DNA of 64,000 bases from Botryllus schlosseri (Eukaryota): contig CM119376.1 in the NCBI GenBank assembly GCA_051294905.1, forward strand, positions 24,924,001 to 24,988,000, in the 5' to 3' direction. A program made the position numbers and the translations under genes. Under the pieces are notes generated by a model. The model ran no database searches, had not been told where the DNA came from, and saw only the letters and a list, made by a program, of their open reading frames with translations. Below are positions 54,029-64,000 of this stretch, one piece after another (the first letter of the stretch is position 1; each line of letters opens with the position of its first letter).

Positions 54029-55754
54029 CAGGGGTCACCAACACGCGGGCCGCGGGCCGCATGCGGCCCGCGAGGTCACATTTTGCGGCCCGCGACCCGA
54101 TTTTGAAATTTCAGAAGAACGCTTAGTAAAGCATTTTGAAATGCAGAAATAGATTAAAGTTTAAACATATTGTTGTCGTTGCTCAAAGGAAGCTATTCTC
54201 CTGTGCCCAATATCGCTATTCCTCACTAGCTGATACAGCTTCGGCGATATCCTTCCATGGAGAAAGAATTTGCTGATATGAATGGGCATATTGCCTTGGC
54301 GTGCAATGGCCCACCACTGCCAAGGCCGATACGCATGGAAAACGACTTCGGGCTCCCAAAAGACAAAGGTTTAGGAGGAGATAGTTTTCCACCAAGTACC
54401 GTCTGCCAATCTGCGGCAGTATAAGGAAAATGATGCGGCTGTCGACACTTTATTCGATTAGGATGTGTTGGCGGCCGTCAATATGCAAATTGTATTTAGG
54501 AATTGACTCCCTAATTAATGAGAGGTTTGAATTATTCTTGAAATTTTCTTCGCGCAATGCGCGGTTCAATGAGAGTATGTTTTCTATTTTAATATAGCCC
54601 CACAGAAGGCCTACATAACTACATATGCAAACAGTAGAGGAAAATGATGCGCCCCATAACAAAAAAATAGCAATTTGTAATCGTGTTCCCTCTTCACGAA
54701 GGAAATTTGTTTCGTAGGCCTACGTTTGGGCGAATCCAATATCTTTCTACCGATTGCCCGACATATGAGCATGCGACACAATGGAAAACGACAGTTCAGC
54801 ATGGAACACATCAGCATGCGTCACTTCAGCATGTGACTGTATAACCCAAAAACTTACCCTAACTCGAAACATAGCCTAACCTAACCTAACCTAGCCTAAC
54901 CTAACCTAAACCCTAACCCTAACCCCACCATAAATCCAACCCTAACCTACCCCTAACCCGTAATTTAACCCACATGCTCATGTGTCGCATGCCAAATTGT
55001 CGCATGCCGAAGTCTCGCATGCTGTAATGTCGCATGCTTATATGTCCACGGACCCTTTCTACCATAACGACAATCCTGATGGGAGGTCAAGAAATAACAG
55101 CATGCAACAAAGGGGACAAATACTAATCAATCCCTCCATCTTCTCTGCCGGTGAATCTGATCACATGGGATGAGAAGCGAGAGTAATATGTGAAACTATA
55201 CTAATATTAATGACGAAATCCATCCATGAATATGAAAAAACTTTCGCGCCTGGCGCGACTAGAAAACGAATCCCTCTGGTTATTCATGACTTCTCTTTCG
55301 GCGCGCATAGTAGGCCGATAAATATGAATAAAGAGATTAGTCCAGAGGTCACCGGTAATGGACATGGACAGTTTAACGTGGGTATCTGGCCTCCAGATAG
55401 TTCATTACGACTATGCACTGGGATGTGGCCGTTGGCTGCATAAGAAATTGCAATGCGGCCCGGAATAGAGCATAAAGGTTGACCACCCCTGATTTAGTTG
55501 CTGAAGAGTGTTGTCAGGTATCGTGCGCAGCTCATAGTTATCAATAGCACGAATATATTCAATAAAATATTTGTTCCTTTGTGGTAACTATGCCCATCGC
55601 CCGCATTAGAGAGCACAGCGTTGTACTGACGTAGAGTGATCAAAGCGTGGTTGTTAAACTGCCTATTTTTATCTCGATATTGAAGTCATGCGGCCCGCGG
55701 CCTCTACCATTTGTTAAAAGTGGCCCGCGACCCGTTTTGAGTTGGCGACCCCTG
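54029..55754. mobile_element. Buster-type hAT composite element
   Basis: TIR caggggtcaccaac/gttggcgacccctg; TSD cattaggt/cattagat; an extra orphan right end (ggttgaccacccctg) ends at 55491. Confidence 0.8.
54760..55055. mobile_element. Foldback-type MITE: inverted 15-bp repeat arrays flanking (CCTAA)n/(CCCTAA)n
   Basis: Left: five 15-bp units (gacatatgagcatgc...). Right: inverted 15-bp units (gtcgcatgc...). The centre, 54875-54960, is telomere-like repeats. Confidence 0.75.
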
Positions 55755-55839
55755 CATTAGATGCTGAATTGACCTGTCGTTCACCTTATCCAACCTTTTC
55801 AATATCCATCCCATGATCCTAATAACTCCAAATAGATGA

Positions 55840-56800
55840 AATTGGAATCTTTACTACAATATAATGACCACGAAAACATTAGTGGTTATTGATACTATTT
55901 CGATATCTCTCCATCAACTATAGCACCTCTGGCAAATTCATTGTGTCAATTTAATCTCGTCGTTGCAAACGGTATGTTACCCGTTAAAAGCAGTAGTCGC
56001 TAGCTCCACCACTGAATTCAATTTTCTCAACAACCAGAATTCCCAACTGGTCTCCAACGGGTAGTCATACCATAATGGCACGGACGCCACAGCTGACCCT
56101 AACGAATTGCAGATTATCCCCTTCTACCACAACTATCTTACACATAACCGTACTTATATATTTATATATCTGGTAGTGACATCAAGCATGTTGAATTTGT
56201 CTAATAATTCCGTATCACTATCGAGTATTGACCATGACTATTGTATATCACATTGCGACATGCTAACGCTTTTCGTTGGTCGTCGGTAAGGTGTCAATTA
56301 TCGTAACGTATGCCAGTCGAACTATATTTTGTTGGTGAAATGAAGATGTATATACTGCTGATACGATATCAACAAATATTTGAGCCATTGAAACTTATTG
56401 TTTTACCGCAACGCTGGCGAGCACGCCGAAACATCTGTAGTTAAATCTGCATATTGATCTAAAATTTTCAGCACCGACTGCATCTTCCACCTGATTACCC
56501 AATTTCAATCTACAAACAACCTACATTTTACAAAACCATTCACAACAACCCTACACCGCTTTCGGACTCAGAAACTATAATGAAGTTACACCGTCATAGT
56601 AGATATACAGTATAGGCGGACCGAAGAGCACCTGTTAAAATCTGACCACACATATATTCACAAGTAGGCTACACCATTACGCATGCAGCTTTCATCAATT
56701 ACTTGTCTTTAGATTTGGTGATATCTACTTAGAAGTTCGAGATATCCGATAATATCAGCCCGATATATCTGACAGGCGGTTAGGTCAGTACCCTCTCTTG
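55840..56800 (-). pseudogene. Highly decayed AP-endonuclease region of an RTE-like non-LTR retrotransposon
   Basis: Minus-strand remnants resembling DIIG(I)SE, NGVA, SGVGLL and RD*ID...RYRNSINN..FRG occur in the expected order, with many stops and frameshifts. Confidence 0.35.
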
Positions 56801-59800
56801 TAATCTTATAGCTCCAAAACCTATTCGATAGGCTTCAAAGTACGTGACAAGTGGGTCCTGACTCTTATCGGTATCAGCCTTTTTAGGCGATTTGTGTTCT
56901 GACACATCATCGGTTAAATTTATCAAACTAATATTGAACGTAGCCAGCTAGCATTGCATTTTGACTGTACATGATTTTTCAATGTCTGCATGATGGGTCT
57001 TCAGGCACATTGACAGTAACTTCCCTGCAATACCATACCATCCGGGATATCAAGCTATTGATCAAACACGCTACTGACTCAAGGGTGTCTTGACAGATTA
57101 GGTTAGACAGCCTATCTAAATTCAATTTGACTGGAAAATTTCCCAGCAAATTCTAGCGTCGCTAATAATCCCACCCGCACAGTCTGTAACATTCGAGCAC
57201 GTTACTGGGGGTTAGATAGCTCAGGGTAATTGCCACTTGCTGTGTATTATAGTAGCAGTAGATAGGTAATGCTGAGCAAATAGCGGATGCCTCCCACAGC
57301 GGAGAAAGCCATTCATGGATTTACGAGGCTCGCACCAGACGTTTGTTAGCGTTTGAGTAATATCATTGAGGGACCGAACGATGCTTACATCACGGTTTCT
57401 GATTACAGCTACAAAATGTTACTATCGAGTGTTGTTGAGGTATCATAAAGTACGACAAACTGCTAAATCCATTCAGTCGAATTTATACCTGAAGCTGCGT
57501 GCATTATGTGATTATGATTATGTCCATAGTACATTAGTACACATTTACCATTAGCATTGGGCATGTTAAAGGTATGTCCCAATGTATTAGTCTCCAAGAC
57601 GCATATGCGTTTAGCATCGCGTTTCTCATCATTCCGTTCCAATATGATGGGAAGCCTCGACTTCGTGCGGCCTGAAATGGTCGACATTATCGACCGCTTT
57701 TCATGATTGCAAAGTCGACAGGCATGTCTCCCTAACGTTTCATTGATAGTTATCGTTATCTCATTATAGAACGATTGTCAAGCCCGCACGCGCACAACTT
57801 CGCAGCTTCCACCATAGCTGATTGGCGAGTTCGTTACATCGTCAGCAGAGATCTCAATACATCTGAACCTTAATTCTCCTTTTAATACCGCGTCCCTGAT
57901 ATCTGTATCACAACAGTTCTTAATGCTTGAAAATATAGACATTTTACGACGAATGTGTGCATGGCTCACCTCATTATAGCACAAAGTTTCCGTTGATTGT
58001 ACGAAGCAGTATTTCTATATCGCGCTCCGTTTGTCCAACAAGGCCTTTTTTCTTGCCTGTGAGTCCAAATTGTTTTCCCCAAGTCTTCGCATGAATTTCG
58101 CTTCTAGAGGGATGGATCAGATTTTTCAACAATGGACGAAAACTGCTCTTTTATGTTTCCCGATTTTGGTGACATTGATGAGTTTACTTTGGTGCTAAGA
58201 CTCACCATTCGCGAAAAAGGTAAACAATTTTCGAGACAGCGCTGATTTAAAACGCATCGGGACAAATGGTCGTGAGACAGCATTTTGAGATACTAATATT
58301 GTGTGTCGCTAAACGCCTTCATGTGGAGTCGGCATGATCGATATGAGAAATTCTCGCCGGTACGGTGACTGATTTCGTGATAGCCATCATCTTCGGCAAG
58401 TGCCCACTTGGGCATTTCATTTTCGATAACCAACTGCTGCCATAAGCATTGAGTCTGTATCCAGTCATTCTCTCGATCACGATGCAAGGTTAACACCAGA
58501 CACCATGTAGAGAAGGGCTTCGGACCCTCGAACGCTTTTATGCGAGGCAACATTCGAATGGTGGCAAATATTGCGATATTCGCCATTGCAGAATTTCGGT
58601 GAAACCTCAGTAGACTGCGTCCCAGGATATTTTATGACATCGTAGTCAAATATAATTCATTTACTCGCGTGCGAGACCTCACTACACAGGAAATCAAGTT
58701 TACGACAAATAACACAAACCTACGGAATACAAGTACAATACATGATTGAACGTCCTGGCCTTGTGCAAATCTAGGCCACAAATTGTAAAATGGTTTTAAA
58801 GCTAATATTTGCTCCGGGCTAACCAACATAACGTCCATACGCCTTTGGTTTTAGGCCGAATTTATGAGGACGGGCTATTTAACGTGAACAAAGCGACATT
58901 TATGATTTACGGAAATCGCTGGCCAGTTACGGCGAATCGATGATCTTGCGGTGTTGGCAATGGCCTCACGGTAGCTTGTTAGCACAACATCTGCCAAACA
59001 CCATGTCGGGGGAATTATGTTTCCAATATAGAATGACGGATTTACGAACGAATTGTAACATCACTCACAGATATGCTGAAATTGGCGCAGAATATATGCG
59101 AAGCGACAAATTACGATATCTTTCTATCCTCGCCGTCTATTCGAAGAGAGTACAAAGGAATACGTTTACCAATCCATCAAGCATACGTTGACACATGGCG
59201 TTAGTTTAACAAGACTTCTGAGGTGCACCGCGCAATACATACAATGCGCGAAACCCCTTTTTCTACACTATTACGCAAACAACGATTGCCATGCAGGTGT
59301 CACCTTGTCGATAGTTTGAATTCCCTATCGCCGTCACCAAGTGTGTGGATGTAATCTGTATTTACCGATATATTCTATCAAAGAGAAATACGGCCCTCGT
59401 TGTATACTCGCCTGATATTACGTCACCTGCGACGATTTTTCAGTCGAACACAGAAATAAACGCGATGTGAAGTTTTCGGCGTTACCAATCAAAATAATTC
59501 AACATCGTGTACGGATGTTTTATTTCATTTTATCGCCTATTTCGCTATTTAAACATATCCGCAACACCTGGACATATACAAATATGCCCTTTTATCGCTA
59601 TTATCTGAAGAAGCTCGTGGGGCTTTAACGATTTCCGGTGTGCCTTGCCTGATCACACTGAAAAGTAGCCAGAAATACAACCTCCGTAGTTTTGTGAATC
59701 CAGATTCCAGAGAAATCCCGCCACAACCTTTTCCTCTGGGAGTATATGCGTGTGCTGCATGTGTTCGCGAGTGAGTAGGCCGTCGTAGATGCACCCGAGC

Positions 59801-60610
59801 AATGAGAATAATATCTTCATTTTATAGAACAAGTCATGATCTATTCCAGTGTACTGGAAGCTTCCATCCGTAATCGTAACGTAATACGCCTAAATGCTCA
59901 TAGCGAAAGAGCAACCCATAGTCGCAACGCAGTTTTCTAAACCCCTTGCTTTATTACTGCTACCGTTTCCTGGAATAGCATTGTGATACTTCTCAACCGC
60001 GTAAAGGCCGATTACCGTGCGTACTTTTGCGGATGACCCGTCGTCAACAAATACATTACCGGATAAGCGTCTTCCAGTTTCTACTCGGAATTTCTAATTT
60101 TCTGTAAACTACTAGATTTGAAACATACACACTTTCTATCCAATTACAATAATTTGCTCATGGACCACCAATGCGACCAAGTTATTGCCATAATGTACGC
60201 TTTTGCCACACTATGCGAACCACGTCGAACCCCCGAAACAGTATGGGGTACAATATCAAAGCAAACGGGAATGTTACCATAATTATCTTTGCATGCATTT
60301 ACGTACAGTGCTGTCATTGTTACGCATTACTAACACACGAACCATTGGGGTGTTGTTTTGGTTAAAGGTCTCTCAAATGCCACTGTCGAAGTCCGATTAT
60401 GTTAAAAATACGCATTCTGCCTTTTGTTCCATCGTTGTCGAATGACGACTTGTGAATGGAAATATCGAAAAGGGCCGTCGGTATGTACAAATGTACCCCG
60501 TAAATACAGCGGATCGCTGCAAATCCCGCGAACTTTGGCCTTTTAAGTGAGGGCACGTTTCATCTTCGATTCCAGAGAGGCTTACGATTAAAAGGAGCGC
60601 GGGTGCTCAC

Positions 60611-60648
60611 CTACACGCACAATTTCCGCGGCAGCCAACTTTCTATCC
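60611..60648 (-). other. Candidate orphan 38-bp exon
   Basis: Strong acceptor cttcatttcacttcag and donor AG|gtgagc; one open phase (DRKLAAAEIVRV). Confidence 0.25.
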
Positions 60649-61574
60649 CTGAAGTGAAATGAAGCATATTGGAAGACTTCTTTAAACTCTCAACTCATTT
60701 ATCTGGCGCGTTAGTCCGTATTACAGCTATACGACACTCGCGCATCATTAGTGTTTACTAAGACTCTTTACAAAACTAGTTGAGTATGAATCATAGACCA
60801 CGTTTTTGAGTAACGAAAATATACGCATCTTTCGACTAAAATGTGTTTTATGAACGAAAAATAAAGCGTCGATACTTTCTTCCCGTCGTATAGTTGCCTC
60901 AAAACGCTGTTATTCGTAACTGGGCATCCAAAACATGTTGCACAAAGATGCGCGAGTGCGCGTGTTCGTTGAAACGACACTTCTGTGAGTTAGTGATCGA
61001 CCATCGAGATTGTCACAAAGCGCTATATTAAATAGTTATGGTCAAGAAGTATAAAATCATTTTCGATGACGTGTAACTCAATGACTCGAATCGGAATCGA
61101 ATCACGGAGGTACTCGATTTTCCCCGGTCCTACTACTCACCATGTCAAGTATACTCACACTCACCGTGGCTATATAGTATGCACTGCACGCTCTATATTT
61201 TGACTTCTGCGAATTTTAAGTACAGAAAGGAAGTTAAGAAGATTTCCAACACCTGCTCTTCTGTGTTTAGTATATAATCCCGCGTTGCTGTTTCAAACAT
61301 ACTTGCCACGATGGCAGGGGACGTCCCGTGTATATTTGTTTAGTTGCGTTTCCGTAGATGTATATCGCGATTTGCAAAATAGTTAACCAGCACTGCTTTC
61401 GATGGAAATTGCCAGGCAACATCCACAATGATTCACGATAAACGCGGTCGACAAACATTGTCGCGAGGGGTTGGTAAGGAAATGATCGCAAGTGAGACAA
61501 GCCTTTATTTTATCGTTTTTAGGTCGAACTGAGCGAAAGAAGGCTGCTAGTAACGGCGGTTTTCCAAGTTGAAT

Positions 61575-61635
61575 ATGGCGTCACGGTTCCGCGCCGGTTC
61601 TACAACTTCCAAAATCAAAAGCAGTGAGGTCAAGA
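61575..61635 (+). CDS. Candidate first coding exon of an unidentified gene
   Basis: aatATGGCG context, MASRFRAGSTTSKIKSSEVK, then a gtacgt donor; upstream acceptor ttttag near 61522. No downstream exon identified. Confidence 0.2.
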
Positions 61636-63870
61636 GTACGTCTATGGGCCCGTGGTTATATGAACTTGACTCTGCCCTATGTAGTGTTGTATCATAGTGT
61701 CCTATATGGTGTCGACACAGGCAAATCTCACGGCTCAGTGAAATTGTATCACGTCACAATTTCCATTTGGCTGCAGGCAATTTGACGGTCATTTTTAACC
61801 GGCTTGCCGAGCATTAAATTTGGGGAAACGGGTATCAATCGAAAGCTGACTCTGCACTGATTACGAAAATATAAATTTTATTCCGCTCGTGGCCCTGGAA
61901 CTCCCATAATCAGCCTCGAATTTTTCATTGTTATGGAGATTGGCAGTGCATCTGACAGTGCATTTGTAGTTATTTGTCTACTTCATGGTGTTATTCACAA
62001 GATACACATGAACTTCCCGGTGATAGAAAACCACGCACGAAATGGTGATATGGTATTCAGTTATATACACAATGAAATCGGAAGCTTCGTGAGGCCGAGA
62101 ACCCATTCTCCTGGCCTTATAGTACTATTTGTAGTACAGTATAGCCTTACGACATGACTATCTGCACACACAGTCCCTTGTGCGGGTCTTAAAAAGGCGT
62201 AAAGCATCACTGCTGTGTGTTGGAAATAATATTAATGAACGTTTGCGTGTATGCATAAGGCGTATATAGGTTACTATAATTTCAACCCTATTTCATTGGG
62301 TCCCAGCAATGGTTTGGTGAAGCGTTATTTGGGCCAATGCGAGATTATTGGATTCGAATATGATTTAATTATGCTTCTTGTGGCGATTTAAAAATATCAT
62401 CTGTTCGTAGGATTCTGCCACACAACGAAATGGGTAGCGAATCGCTCAATTTATTCGGTTCGCGAGCGTGCATACTATAGGTCTCAAATGGTTTGTAACA
62501 GAGAGGATTCATCTTTATTTCGACTGAGTAAATATTGTGGACGACTCAAGGCAGGTTCACGACAAATGCTCAGTTAATGGGGAAAACAACGGAACGAGGC
62601 AAACTTGTTGAATTCATATCTAGACTGCCGTCATTTGAAGTTTGAGGCTCAACCCGTACCTCCTTATAAATTGGACAAATTTGGAGCATGGTCGGAGTAC
62701 AATGTTGTTTTCGAAAACCAACATATTATAGTCTTCTCTCTTTCATTGTTGCGAGCGATTATTTCAATTCAAACGATAAGCCCAGACAAAGTTGAGAAAA
62801 TGATGAGATTATACGATATTCGGTACGGCTATTATTGTGATTTATTGTTTTAAAGTCCTGTGGATTTGCACTGCGCCACAGCAGCGCCCTTCGAATTAGC
62901 ATTAATTTTAATGGAAATTTTAATTTCTCTCATGATAGTATATGGCCGTAAGCACACTGCCCGAATATAATTGAATTGCGTTTATGAGAGCTGATTCGCA
63001 AACACGCATTAAGTTGATAATGTCGAGATTTCGAAGTCACAAAAACATCTTCATTCCCATGACCTGTCCGGTCTCACGAAACACGTCGCGTGTTCTTGAT
63101 AGAAAAACTTGGCAATAAATCGGCTAGCAATTACTTTCTCATTTGAGAAAGCATATCGAATGTTAAGTGAGCAAATAAACTATTCAAAGAGAAGAATGGC
63201 GAAATATTTTGAGCGAAACGCGTATGGTCGAAATTGTTGAGTCGATATAAAAACACATAATTCATAATCCGTGGTGGTACAAACAGCTGTACTCCTTGAC
63301 TTCAATGTTATGTTAAGTTAGCCTACACGGGAAGACTATATACGTCATCTTCGCAATCCATTACACCAGATCTAATGAAGTGTGTGAACATTTTTAGGTC
63401 CAACTGATTTTGTCAATTTATTCAATTTGCATGGACGGCAGTGGATCCTGCATTTACCGTGGTACTACATGCACAGCATCACATATAGTTGGAATGATTG
63501 TTGTTTGCGATTGCGCGTGTCATTTGTTATCCTGATTTGATGTTATGGCGACTCTTGGTTTCAAGGAATTAGTTTGCAATTCAACTGTTCTCTATTTGTA
63601 TTGTATTTTTTAATCAATGCAGTTGTAGCTTTTAGTCAATTTGATTGTTTGATTACTGTTCTACTTGTCTCCTCACTTGCCTATATATTTTCTCGTTGCT
63701 GTTGACCTATGGCCGTCGAGTCTAGGACGAGAAAGCACCATTGCGAATCTCGCTTGCATAAGCATCTTCGTATTTCTAACAACGAAATGCCAAGTCTATA
63801 TTGGTCTTGACTCGGGTTGTTTGGTTGGATTTAGCAGAATACAAGAACGATAGGCAACGTTTGCCTAGTA

Positions 63871-64000
63871 CAGAGGCAGGAAACATACGGCCAGCGACGG
63901 GCTTTTCAGCGGCCCGCAGAATGTTTCTGGCCTGAAAGTGAAATTCTAATCTAAAAGTATTGACAAATTCTATGCGTCACAGAATCTATCCAAGTTTGCC
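63871..64000. mobile_element. Left end of a Buster-type MITE running off the window
   Basis: cagaggcaggaaac...cggcccgc, preceded by the nnnTAnnn site gcctagta. Confidence 0.5.

Noticed and set aside
54875-54960. True telomere or chromosome-fusion scar
   Set aside because: Short, mixed repeats symmetrically enclosed by inverted arrays; better explained as a MITE core.
57400-58620. Short minus-strand ORFs as transposase or gene
   Set aside because: No recognisable domain, TIRs or coherent splice chain.
1-64000. tRNA, rRNA, tRNA-derived SINEs and prokaryotic operons from the ORF track
   Set aside because: No cloverleaf with A/B boxes or rRNA motifs seen. The ORF track uses alternative starts and is not meaningful for spliced genes.

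Overview
Eukaryotic, intron-rich genomic DNA. The modal intron size is about 60-70 bp and the window is dense in hAT MITEs, which suggests an invertebrate chordate such as a tunicate (inference only). The short six-frame ORFs are mostly exon fragments or noise. Manual splicing recovers a cluster of three ADAMTS16/18-like secreted metalloprotease genes. Gene C (minus strand) has only pro-domain exons here and continues off the left edge. Gene A (plus strand, 27676-38389) has 24 exons and about 1178 aa. Gene B (minus strand, 50744-40456) has about 23 exons and about 1238 aa. C and A are head-to-head; A and B are tail-to-tail. A and B both keep a furin site, an intact HExxHxxGxxHD zinc motif, the Met-turn, disintegrin-like, TSR, Cys-rich and spacer domains, five C-terminal TSRs and a PLAC domain. 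The rest of the window holds many non-autonomous hAT elements with readable TIRs and 8-bp TSDs (some nested), decayed RTE-like and Penelope-like fragments, a foldback element with telomere-like repeats, and an apparently perfect 592-bp tandem duplication. I found no rRNA, tRNA or CRISPR array. All family assignments come from motif recognition by eye; no database search was run.
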